This document shows positions 45,228 to 53,652 of a stretch of 64,000 nucleotides of DNA, piece after piece. The translations under genes and the position numbers were made by a program. Each line of letters starts with the position of its first letter. The first letter of the stretch is position 1. The stretch lies in IMG/VR virus record IMGVR_UViG_3300049489_000993, positions 1-64,000 of that record; one strand, given 5' to 3'. This DNA comes from a virus. Below the pieces are notes generated by a model. The model saw only the letters and a list, made by a program, of their open reading frames with translations, was not told where the DNA came from and did not search any database.

Positions 45228-45884
45228 TCAATGCACCACGTCTTGCACGAGAGTGAGCTTGCCGGTGAACGCCGTCTTGGCCTTGCCGCGGCGAATCTCG
45301 AACGTGGCCGCGGCGTCCGAGGTCTCCCACGCCACCTCGACCTCGAGCGCCGTCGCGGAGACCACCTTGGAGATCAAGCGCGGGGCGCCCAGATTAGGCC
45401 CGCTCGTCGGGTGCAGCACATCGCCCGCCTTCGCCTTGGTGAACGCCGTGCCCGTGCCCGTCACCCCCACTGCACTCGCGACAATGGCCGCCGTGCCGAC
45501 GCCAGCGCCGGGGCGCGGTACGTCTTGACGCACCACCTCGAAGTCGTGTGCATAGACCCCCGCTTTGTTGTCCGACGTATCCGGCTTGTCGATCTTGACG
45601 ACGCACTGCCCCACGGTGAGCCCCGTTTGGGGGAGCACCTCGATCTCGTCGGTGCGGTAGGACGCTTTGAAGATGGCCGCCGCGGCGTTCTTGTCCTTCG
45701 ATGGCGCCGCCTTGGCGGCGTAGCGCAGCACAGCGGGGCGGCTGGGAGTCCCATCAGTGGCGGTTCCGAGGTTGATGAGGTTCTGCGTGGGCTGCGCCGT
45801 GTCCTTCACGGTGACGAGGATGTCGTCGCTGTCGCCGCGTACGAGGCTAATATCCACTTCGGCGGGTGCTTTGATCGTGGCCAT
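45228..45884 (-). CDS. BppU-like virion protein
   Basis: I...RGD....VTV; INL; DT....G.Y..D.EV; G.L....DV, with an inserted VTGTGTAFT module. Confidence 0.65.
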   Translation of the reverse strand: MATIKAPAEVDISLVRGDSDDILVTVKDTAQPTQNLINLGTATDGTPSRPAVLRYAAKAAPSKDKNAAAAIFKASYRTDEIEVLPQTGLTVGQCVVKIDKPDTSDNKAGVYAHDFEVVRQDVPRPGAGVGTAAIVASAVGVTGTGTAFTKAKAGDVLHPTSGPNLGAPRLISKVVSATALEVEVAWETSDAAATFEIRRGKAKTAFTGKLTLVQDVVH

Positions 45885-45888
45885 CGTC

Positions 45889-46164
45889 TCAGCACTCCTT
45901 GATCGTGGCGGTCGCGGTGAGAGAGGCCACGGTAGCCGTCAGGGCGTCGTCTTGGATCACACCTATGAGGGCATCGTCTGCGACGGCGCCGCAAAGTTGG
46001 CCGTCGGGTGATACCACGCCGGTGAGGGCAAGGCCCGCCACGACTGCGGCGGTCATCGTATCGGCCGCCACCAATGCGGTCACATCCCGCCCAACCAGTG
46101 TGTACGCCACGCTGTCCGGGTCGCAGATCCAACCATTCGTGATGAGCCCGCTCGTCCCGACCAT
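45889..46164 (-). CDS. hypothetical virion protein
   Basis: Packed ORF with beta-repeat composition. Confidence 0.55.
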   Translation of the reverse strand: MVGTSGLITNGWICDPDSVAYTLVGRDVTALVAADTMTAAVVAGLALTGVVSPDGQLCGAVADDALIGVIQDDALTATVASLTATATIKEC

Positions 46165-46177
46165 GCGCGCCAGCGTG

Positions 46178-46690
46178 TCATGGCGCGAGCGTGCGCACCA
46201 AGTCGTTCCACGTAGAAGGGCCTGGATAGGTCGCTACGACGTCGATTGTCGCGATGGGGGAAACGTCCGCGAGCGCGTCCGCTTTCGTAGCGTAGAGCTT
46301 CCTGCGCGCTGTCAGGGGCCTTCCAGTGCCCACGTCCGCCACGAGCACGGTGTCGCGCACGTTTTCCCCCTGATGCGCGAGGAGCTTCACCAAGGCCAGC
46401 TCAAAGTCCGAAACCACCCGGATGTGCTCCACGCCCGGCTCATGGTCCGAAAGCACCGTGAACCCGGCATCGTTGAACACCTCGAAGGCGACCGAGTAAT
46501 GCCCGGCAAGCGCCGGAGAGGTCCAGGCGGCTTGGTAGGTGCCGACAAAGGCTGACCGATGCGTCATAGGGAGCGTAGTGACAAGCGTGCCTGCGGCATC
46601 CAGCACCTTGGCGCGGGGATACTTGACGGCACTGCGGTCGGCGAGCACCACTTCGACGAGAACGGGTTGGCCAACAGTACCAAGAATCAT
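46178..46690 (-). CDS. hypothetical virion protein (Ig-like N-terminus)
   Basis: ATGA coupling; G.Y.A.WT....G.Y.V. Confidence 0.65.
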   Translation of the reverse strand: MILGTVGQPVLVEVVLADRSAVKYPRAKVLDAAGTLVTTLPMTHRSAFVGTYQAAWTSPALAGHYSVAFEVFNDAGFTVLSDHEPGVEHIRVVSDFELALVKLLAHQGENVRDTVLVADVGTGRPLTARRKLYATKADALADVSPIATIDVVATYPGPSTWNDLVRTLAP

Positions 46691-47097
46691 GCGCTTGTTT
46701 TCAGGGCGAGCACGGGGGCAAAGAAAGCGTCTGTGTTCTGGCGATGCTGGCGTACCCTGGAGCGGCGCGCTTGAATCGCGTTCGCGAGCTGCGTGGAGAG
46801 CCCTTCGGCTTCCGCGACAACGTCGTCGAGCATGTCGAGGGCGGCAGCGGCACGATCCCCACAGCGAATCTTGGCCTGGATGGTGAGCGCCTTGGCTACG
46901 TCGGCAGGGGTGCAATAGCCCAGCTCGATGAGAAGCGCGCCCAGGAGGTGTTCGTTGGTGCGCGACTGCACCCCCACAGCCTGCAAGAGCTGCTCGCGGG
47001 TCACCTTGTGCAGCCGCATGAGGATGTTCCCGACCGTGCTCTCGTCCTTGAAAGGGTCGACCACGGGGGGCGCTGAGATCACCTTGCGGAAGCGCAT
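46687..47097 (-). CDS. stand-alone MshEN-like (PilB/GspE N-terminal) protein
   Basis: GGAGG RBS; two 24-aa motifs, TVGNILMRLHKVTREQLLQAVGVQ and LLGALLIELGYCTPADVAKALTIQ. Confidence 0.75.
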   Translation of the reverse strand: MRFRKVISAPPVVDPFKDESTVGNILMRLHKVTREQLLQAVGVQSRTNEHLLGALLIELGYCTPADVAKALTIQAKIRCGDRAAAALDMLDDVVAEAEGLSTQLANAIQARRSRVRQHRQNTDAFFAPVLALKTSA

Positions 47098-47098
47098 G

Positions 47099-47371
47099 CT
47101 AGTCCTCCTCGTGCTCGGTCGCGGCGGCGATGGCGGCGATAAGCTGCCGGTTGCTCTCGTTGCTCGTTTGCAACAAGGCAATCTGTTTTTCGGTGGTCTG
47201 CACAATGCGGTCGTTCAGGGCTTGGATCTGCTGCGCGTGAACGCGCTCCCGCAAGCGGGAGTCGAAGTAGAGGTGGCGAATGCTGAACCCAGCAAGGATG
47301 ACCAGCCCCCAAGGCCCGCCTTTTTGAAGCAGCTCAAGCGCCGTCATCCAGCCCATCCCGCCCTCGTTCAT
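47099..47371 (-). CDS. BhlA/UviB-like holin-type membrane protein
   Basis: LLQKGGPWGLVIL TM segment followed by an RER... coiled coil. Confidence 0.55.
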   Translation of the reverse strand: MNEGGMGWMTALELLQKGGPWGLVILAGFSIRHLYFDSRLRERVHAQQIQALNDRIVQTTEKQIALLQTSNESNRQLIAAIAAATEHEED

Positions 47372-47417
47372 GGTCCTGTCGTATCGCGTTTTGGTTCCGC
47401 ACGCGACCTGCGACGTG

Positions 47418-47570
47418 TCACCTTTTCTGCTTCTCGCGGATCAACTCCTCGATCTTTTCCGGTGTGAGCCCTAGCGACGTCGCCTTGACCTTGGCCTTTG
47501 GCGCCTCGACGCTCTCCGTAGTGCCTGTGGGCTTGACCTCAATGACCGTGATTCTTTTCTCGTCCGGCAT
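47418..47570 (-). CDS. small hypothetical protein (50 aa)
   Basis: TAATG coupling to the upstream gene. Confidence 0.55.
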   Translation of the reverse strand: MPDEKRITVIEVKPTGTTESVEAPKAKVKATSLGLTPEKIEELIREKQKR

Positions 47571-48031
47571 TACACACTCCCGATGTACCAGCGGTACAAA
47601 ATACCCATGTGCCGTGTTGTTCCGCCCGGCACGGCCTCGACGATGGTGCGCATAAATAGGCCGGGCGCAATAGGCGCGACCGTGGGCATGATGATGTCCT
47701 CTTTCCAGAGCGCGCTCGTCGGCAGGCGGTAGTCTTTGACGTAGCGGACCAGCTCGATCGGCGTGCCGAGTGGGATCGAGTAGAGCGTGTGCAGGCCCAT
47801 GACGTCGTTTTTGTCGACGACGGAGAACTGCGCCAGATCGCCACGCATGGAGCCCTCGCACCAAAACTGCCCGCCCTGTACAAGCAGTTGCTCTGTGACC
47901 TCAATGTCGAGAATCGCGGTGCTGTCGGCGTCACACGAAATAGCGTAGCCCGCCAAACGTGCCTGTGCGCTCGCGTGCAGAAAGCTCGGGGCGTAGATGG
48001 GCATGCCTTCTTCGTTCTTTGGGATGCCCAT
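47570..48031 (-). CDS. hypothetical virion protein
   Basis: GD...F.VVDK..V.G motif; abuts its neighbours. Confidence 0.7.
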   Translation of the reverse strand: MGIPKNEEGMPIYAPSFLHASAQARLAGYAISCDADSTAILDIEVTEQLLVQGGQFWCEGSMRGDLAQFSVVDKNDVMGLHTLYSIPLGTPIELVRYVKDYRLPTSALWKEDIIMPTVAPIAPGLFMRTIVEAVPGGTTRHMGILYRWYIGSV

Positions 48032-49675
48032 CTATGTCTCCACCGTGAATACGAAAATGATGTCGAAGGTGCCCGCCGTCGTGTTGGTGGCACATTTGAT
48101 GTGATAGCCCTCACCTGCGCGGATCGTGGGCGGTTTCGTTTGCGGATCGTGTTTTTGGAACGCCGGTGTAAGGTTCTGGTGCGTGACTTGGAGTGCCTCC
48201 ACGTCGAGCGCACCGGGACCCCACTCGTCGCTCGACCATTCCCAGCGTTGCTCGACAGTGACCACTTCACCTGCGACTGTCGACGAGGTGCGCACGGTCA
48301 CCGCGGCTGGGAGCACGTCATCGGTATCTCTCGCCACAGCTGCGACTGACAAGCCCCCGCTGTGTCCTGTGATGCGTCGTAGCTCAAACAACGTCACCAC
48401 GCCCGTAACGGCGCTTGTCTGGGAGTTGCGAATCCATATCTCACGCAGGCGCACAACCCGAGGAGAACCAGCGGCGAGGCACAACGACAACATGCTCTTG
48501 TTGTTGCCAAGCGGGGCGTCTTGAACGCCGACGGTAAACGTCGGTTGCTCATTGGGCTCGACGTATAAGCCGCCCGCGTGACCAAGCGCGCGCGGTAGAG
48601 CCTCCACCATGGGCACGAGCACAAGCTGGAGCCGGAGCACTCCCTGCGGTGTAGGGCCGTTCGTGTAGACAACCCGGCAGTACGTTGCCGTCGACTGTAT
48701 TGTGCGCGAGAACCCGATGCCTGCGAGCACGGTGTAGTGATCGACGATGTCCCAGTTGGTGCCGTCCATCGACTGCTCGACGCACAGCCCTTTTGCAGCC
48801 GAATCTTGGTCCGTGAAGACGTTGATCTGGATGCCCATCGTCGAGATGCAGACCTCGGCGTTGCCAGTAAAAACACCCGCAGCGCCAAGAGGCGTCGTCG
48901 TCGAGTTGCCGAGGACGCTGTACGCTGTCTGCCCGACGCTAGCGCGCACGACGCTAGAAGCTGTGGTCGCATGCCCTGTGGTACTCGCGGTGCCACTTGT
49001 CCACGCACTCGCGCGGAGACGAGCCTTGGCGAACCCAGCGCACACAGCACGAAACTGCCCATTGGTTGTGGTCTGCGATACGGAGGTCTGCGCGTCGCCC
49101 GTGAGGTAGCCTGTGATCGAGAACCAATCGGTGCCGTTGATCGTGGCTTCAGCGACGAGGGTGCCTACCCACGTTCCCGTGATCTGCGTACTCACTACGC
49201 CGCATCCGCTAACGTCGATCTCCGCCGTTTGCCCGGCCCCGGTGATCGCCACCGTGACGATGCGATCTGCCGGCGGTTGCGCGGCGTAGTCGCTGGCCAT
49301 GACGACGGGGGCGCTATTGGCGGCAGTCTTTTGTCCGAGCGTGTTCCAACGCGCAACGATGACGTCGTAGAGGTCTTTGAGCCGCCCAAGAACGGTATTC
49401 GCCGTCGGGCTCGCCTGCACTTCGCCAACGCGAGCCGTGAACGTAGCCTCGGCTACGCGCGTCCCCAGGGCGACGTCGAGGTTCGTGTTGTCGACAGTGA
49501 GGCTTCCGCCGTTGTCGTTGACGGCCACGCTGTTGTTGGGCGAGACGGCGACGACGAGTGCTTTGTCCGCTGCGACTGCTGCCGTCGACGCGGCTTTGAC
49601 ACTCGCAGCGTTCGCGCCGTCGCGGATGGTGACGTCGCCTTCGATGATGTTGAAGCCGCTCACGACAGCACCCAC
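48032..49675 (-). CDS. virion appendage/fibre-like protein with beta-sandwich domains
   Basis: VKAASTAAVAADKALVV; LGQKT.ANS.PVV.ASD; GTW.GT...E.T..G..W; NSTTTPL.A...FTG. Confidence 0.7.
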   Translation of the reverse strand: MGAVVSGFNIIEGDVTIRDGANAASVKAASTAAVAADKALVVAVSPNNSVAVNDNGGSLTVDNTNLDVALGTRVAEATFTARVGEVQASPTANTVLGRLKDLYDVIVARWNTLGQKTAANSAPVVMASDYAAQPPADRIVTVAITGAGQTAEIDVSGCGVVSTQITGTWVGTLVAEATINGTDWFSITGYLTGDAQTSVSQTTTNGQFRAVCAGFAKARLRASAWTSGTASTTGHATTASSVVRASVGQTAYSVLGNSTTTPLGAAGVFTGNAEVCISTMGIQINVFTDQDSAAKGLCVEQSMDGTNWDIVDHYTVLAGIGFSRTIQSTATYCRVVYTNGPTPQGVLRLQLVLVPMVEALPRALGHAGGLYVEPNEQPTFTVGVQDAPLGNNKSMLSLCLAAGSPRVVRLREIWIRNSQTSAVTGVVTLFELRRITGHSGGLSVAAVARDTDDVLPAAVTVRTSSTVAGEVVTVEQRWEWSSDEWGPGALDVEALQVTHQNLTPAFQKHDPQTKPPTIRAGEGYHIKCATNTTAGTFDIIFVFTVET

Positions 49676-50121
49676 GCGATCGACTCGACCTGGCCGCCGC
49701 TGCGCGTGATCGTGCCGGTCAAGGTTTGCACGAGCGCGCCCCCGGCGTCGTACTGCTTCATGACGACGGTGTCGACCTGGCCGCCGCTGCGGGTGATAAG
49801 CGTCTCACGCACCTTCGTGATCTTCGTGTTGTCGGTCCACACGATGTCGCTTGTGACCTGCCCACCGCTGCGCGTGACCTCTTCGTAGCTCGTCTCGGCG
49901 ACATCATGAACGAGCTGATCGAGTACGAGGTGGGTGCCCGCGCTGATTCCAGAACCGGCGCTGCGCGGATCGAAGGTTCCTGCGGCATCGCGGAACTGGA
50001 ATACCGAGCCGTCGAAACGGAGACCACCGGCGCCAGACGGGGCGCCTGGGTTCGCTCCGAGGGTGATCTCCTCGTCCTCGCGAAGCGCCCCAGGAGCGTC
50101 TCTGTGCGGTGTTGCAGGCAC
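49660..50121 (-). CDS. hypothetical virion protein with three TRSGGQV repeats
   Basis: Repeat visible at protein and DNA level. Confidence 0.7.
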   Translation of the reverse strand: MPATPHRDAPGALREDEEITLGANPGAPSGAGGLRFDGSVFQFRDAAGTFDPRSAGSGISAGTHLVLDQLVHDVAETSYEEVTRSGGQVTSDIVWTDNTKITKVRETLITRSGGQVDTVVMKQYDAGGALVQTLTGTITRSGGQVESIAWVLS

Positions 50122-50633
50122 TATCTGCCCCGCTTTCGGGCTTTCTTCATGGGAGCGTCCTCGGCCAGCCGGCGCGCTTTCATGGTCGGGGGTGGGCGCT
50201 GCCCGATGATACGAGCGTCGGCCTCCTGTGGGACATCGCCGGCGACCTCGCGTGCCACAAGCGCCTCTGCACGCGAGCGATCTTCGTCATGTTGTTTTTT
50301 GGTGAGCGCGACGGCGAGCTTCAAACCCGCCACCTGCCCAGCCGCCACCTTGTGCTCGTCCTCGGCCTGGCTGGCCACGGCGAGCGCGCGACGATGCGCG
50401 AGCGTGACAAGGTCCTTGCGTATTTTGGCGTCCGACAACAACAGCTTGCCCGCATCCACCTCGACGTCAATATCCGCGTGCAAAGTGAGCACCGCAGCGG
50501 CAGCGCGCTTCACCCATCCAGCACCCCCGCTTGCGGCGCGCTCGGCCTTCTCGGCGGCGTCGAGCGCGTCATCCAAGCGGGCGCCGAGGTCGTGTGCGGC
50601 GGCCGCGCGAATCAAAGCCTTTTCAGCACCCAC
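50121..50633 (-). CDS. hypothetical coiled-coil protein
   Basis: AGGAG RBS; helical composition. Confidence 0.65.
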   Translation of the reverse strand: MGAEKALIRAAAAHDLGARLDDALDAAEKAERAASGGAGWVKRAAAAVLTLHADIDVEVDAGKLLLSDAKIRKDLVTLAHRRALAVASQAEDEHKVAAGQVAGLKLAVALTKKQHDEDRSRAEALVAREVAGDVPQEADARIIGQRPPPTMKARRLAEDAPMKKARKRGR

Positions 50634-50648
50634 GCCACGCTCCTATGT

Positions 50649-52172
50649 TCAGACCTTCTTCACGATCGCAAGGACGTCGCCAATCTTGAGCTTGAACTCA
50701 AAGCGCAGCACAGCCGGCGAGAGTGTAGCGGTTGGGTAGTAGTCATGGTTTGCCCCGCTGTTGGCCCCTGGGCGCAGCAACGAGCCATTCAAATATACAT
50801 CATAATCGTTCAAGAATGAGCCACCACTCATATCGGGAAACGCGGCGTCGATGTTGGCATCGGCGAGCGACACATCCGTGTCCGCGTTCACGTTTGCAGT
50901 CACATTGTGATAGGTCTTCGTCTCGTTGCCCGTGGTGTACGCCGAGGTGATCGCTTGCATGAGCGACACTTCACCGAACGCAGTCTCGAAGGCGCTCCAC
51001 TCGGCCGCGGTGTCCGAGAGCTTGAGCTGGCCCGCATACGTGGACGCACCCTTGTTGCCGTCGACGAATGCGAACTCTGCCGCCGCGGTCAAACCGAGGT
51101 CGCCGGCTGTGGACGCGACAACACCGTCGGTGACACCCACGGCGATGGGTCGCGTGCCGCCACTGCGGATGGTGGCGCCAGCATTGAAGTCGTTGACGAT
51201 CGCGTTCACGTCAAAGGTGTCCACATCGGTGCCGATGCGCGCGATGGTTGCGCCGCCGCCGCTGCCTTCGATGACGGTCACGAGGTCGGCGTCGAGCGCG
51301 TCGCGAATGGACCACTCCACCGCCGCTGCTAGATCAAGATCGGCGTTCGTCGCCAGCTCGACGGGCGTCGCGCCTTGGTTGTTGTAGGCGTTCTGGCGCG
51401 TGACATCGACGCTAGCGGCTTGATCAACGAAGTTGCCATCTTGCGGGAGCCAAGCATCCTCGACGACGTTGTCGAACGCGAAGCGGGAGACATAGGCGTA
51501 GTTGATCGTCTTGCCGGCGATGTCGCCAACGGGGCAGGCGATGAGGTCGTCAAGGCCGGCGTTCATGATCACGAACGAGAGCTTCACGCGGTTTCCCGCC
51601 GAGGTGTCGTTGAACGCGGCGCCGTCGACACCCGTGCTTTCGTACTGGAGCAGGGCGAAGATGTCTTTGCCGCTTGATTGCAGCTTTTGGCCTGTCGTGG
51701 CGTCGCGCACGACGCAGAGATTCTTTGGCGAGATGGCGTTCTGTCCCGCGACCTCGATCAACTCATGCACGTCGAACCCAGCCCCATTGAGTGCCGATTG
51801 CGCGACGACGGCGCCCACTTGCGAACCGGCCACCGCAGCAACTTGCGTGGGCGCTTCACTGCTGGCGACGACGAGGATCTCCCAGTTTTGGGCCGCGGTG
51901 ACGCCGACGTCGGTAAGCACCTGCACGCGCCGGAGCTGCTTCTTGCCCTCGATGTCGGTGAGATCGGTGGAGAGGGTAGCGAGGCTGCGCCCAGAGAGCG
52001 CGGTGTACCAGTTGGCTTCCCCGAGAGCGCGCTTCATCTGTGAGCGCAGCGCATTCAAGTCGTCTTCGATGGACACGGCGCCAGATTGCAGTGCGACGCC
52101 CGCGGCGACCGTGTCGTCGTACGTGAACGATGGTCGGATTTGCGATTCTTGTCGGATGAAAGTGCGGGCCAT
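50649..52172 (-). CDS. virion structural protein (head/neck fibre-like)
   Basis: EDDLN.LRSQ..R..G...W; C-terminal DVYLNG.L......DY......F...L..GD. Confidence 0.7.
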   Translation of the reverse strand: MARTFIRQESQIRPSFTYDDTVAAGVALQSGAVSIEDDLNALRSQMKRALGEANWYTALSGRSLATLSTDLTDIEGKKQLRRVQVLTDVGVTAAQNWEILVVASSEAPTQVAAVAGSQVGAVVAQSALNGAGFDVHELIEVAGQNAISPKNLCVVRDATTGQKLQSSGKDIFALLQYESTGVDGAAFNDTSAGNRVKLSFVIMNAGLDDLIACPVGDIAGKTINYAYVSRFAFDNVVEDAWLPQDGNFVDQAASVDVTRQNAYNNQGATPVELATNADLDLAAAVEWSIRDALDADLVTVIEGSGGGATIARIGTDVDTFDVNAIVNDFNAGATIRSGGTRPIAVGVTDGVVASTAGDLGLTAAAEFAFVDGNKGASTYAGQLKLSDTAAEWSAFETAFGEVSLMQAITSAYTTGNETKTYHNVTANVNADTDVSLADANIDAAFPDMSGGSFLNDYDVYLNGSLLRPGANSGANHDYYPTATLSPAVLRFEFKLKIGDVLAIVKKV

Positions 52173-52180
52173 GGGCGCTC

Positions 52181-52468
52181 CTATGCTTTGACGTAGTCCG
52201 CGAACACTTTATCGCCAGCCCGCGGCGCAAGCACGACTGTCACGGTGTCAAAGCCGGTGCCGGGACCGCCGCTCTCTGAGACGCTGTAATCGTCAAGGAG
52301 GACAAGGCGCTGGCCGTTCAGGAAGGCTTGGATTGAAAGCCCTGGAGGCGTCTGCACGAACTTCTCGGGGGTGGTGAATACGACATTGACGCCGTTCACC
52401 GCCCCCGAGAGCGTGACACCGATGCGGAAGTCATCCGCTGGGACCGAACGCCGCCGAAGGAGCGGCAT
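52181..52468 (-). CDS. small virion protein
   Basis: GAVNGVN.VFT....F.....V/AFLNGQRL...DDY...AP..GD....DY domain. Confidence 0.75.
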   Translation of the reverse strand: MPLLRRRSVPADDFRIGVTLSGAVNGVNVVFTTPEKFVQTPPGLSIQAFLNGQRLVLLDDYSVSESGGPGTGFDTVTVVLAPRAGDKVFADYVKA

Positions 52469-52493
52469 AGCGCACCTCCGTTACGGTGCGCGC

Positions 52494-52817
52494 TCAGATC
52501 GCGAGCCCGAGCATCGCCTTGAATGCACACGTCCCGCCGTTGCCCGCCAACCACAGCTCGTGAAAGTCGAACATGCCCTCGAGATAGGTGCCCGTCGCGA
52601 TCTCGTAGTAGTCGAGCCAGCGCGCCGAATCGAGACCGGGCGGCTCTTGCGGGAACACACGCAACGGCACACCGCCGGTGTTGTCGATGCGCACCCACAC
52701 CGTCTTGCCGGGGTTGCTGAAAAAGTTGAACGCCTGTTTGGCATTCACATCCGCGGGCGATGCGAAGGCGGGCGCGGTCCCGTAGAGCGGGCGGGGCGCA
52801 CCGGAGCGAATCAACAT
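52494..52817 (-). CDS. small virion beta-sandwich protein
   Basis: Packed ORF in the head accessory block. Confidence 0.6.
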   Translation of the reverse strand: MLIRSGAPRPLYGTAPAFASPADVNAKQAFNFFSNPGKTVWVRIDNTGGVPLRVFPQEPPGLDSARWLDYYEIATGTYLEGMFDFHELWLAGNGGTCAFKAMLGLAI

Positions 52818-52818
52818 T

Positions 52819-53073
52819 TCAGCCGCCAGCGGCGAGGATGGCCGCGTTGATCTTGGTGCGGATCTCGTTCAGGAGCGTGACCACGACGTTGAACTCCGCT
52901 TGCGTGGGCGGGTCTCCGGCGGCGGCGACGGCGACGGCCGAGGTGATCGGGCCGAGCGCGTAGAGGGCGGCGCCGAGCTTGGCCGGCGTGATGCCGTCAG
53001 TGCGGCCGATGCCGGGAAAGTGCTCGCCGAGAGAGTCGAGCTTGTTGGCTTGGTCTTGGGAAAGGTTGGGCAT
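52819..53073 (-). CDS. head fibre/decoration-like protein
   Basis: A.AAG..PTQAEFN..V...N....KIN motif. Confidence 0.6.
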   Translation of the reverse strand: MPNLSQDQANKLDSLGEHFPGIGRTDGITPAKLGAALYALGPITSAVAVAAAGDPPTQAEFNVVVTLLNEIRTKINAAILAAGG

Positions 53074-53093
53074 GATTGTCTCCGCTGGGGGTG

Positions 53094-53122
53094 AGTATCA
53101 CGGGGCGCGTGCGGGCGTTCAA
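53094..53122 (-). promoter_or_regulatory. sigma-70-type promoter for the accessory virion block
   Basis: TTGAAC-N17-GATACT upstream of a GGAG RBS. Confidence 0.45.
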
Positions 53123-53565
53123 GCCTTCATCGCGTCGTAGCCGGCCTCGATGGCATCCAGCAGTGCGTTTCGCGAGCTGCGCGGGCTGTAGAGGCTGGGA
53201 TGGATGTGCCCAGCGACCTTCAAGCGGTCACAGAGCGCAAAGAGGTCGGCCTTGGACATGGATTCATCCGCGACCGGCCAGGGCTCCTCGGCGGGCTCCT
53301 GCTTCAAGACCTGGGCGGTCTCTTCGACGGAGAGCACGTTGCCTGCCTTGTCCGAGAGGATGGGTTGCGGTGGGCCGCTCGGCTTCTTGAACGGCGTCTT
53401 GACGGTGGCATCCGCCCACTTGTCTGCGTTCTGGAGCAAGAGCGCGGCAACGTCCTCGTCGACGTCGAGCAAGCCGTCGGCTTTGCTGATCTCAAGGAGC
53501 TTGCCGCCGACAAAGACCTTCTCGCCCCATTCGTGCCGCAGTTTGCAGATCAACTTTTTCGCCAT
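53119..53565 (-). CDS. hypothetical protein after MCP (possible Rho-N/HeH-like C-terminus)
   Basis: AGGAG RBS; MSKADLFALC.......S...LLDAI. Confidence 0.7.
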   Translation of the reverse strand: MAKKLICKLRHEWGEKVFVGGKLLEISKADGLLDVDEDVAALLLQNADKWADATVKTPFKKPSGPPQPILSDKAGNVLSVEETAQVLKQEPAEEPWPVADESMSKADLFALCDRLKVAGHIHPSLYSPRSSRNALLDAIEAGYDAMKA

Positions 53566-53577
53566 TGCGTGCTCCTG

Positions 53578-53616
53578 AAAAGGAAAGGCCGCCCTTGGAG
53601 CATCCCGAGGGCGGCC
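53578..53616 (-). terminator. intrinsic terminator after the major capsid gene
   Basis: GGCCGCCCTCGG...CCAAGGGCGGCC followed by TTTCCTTTT. Confidence 0.75.
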
Positions 53617-53652
53617 CATCCTAACCGGGGTCAGGCCCCGGCGCTACCCATC

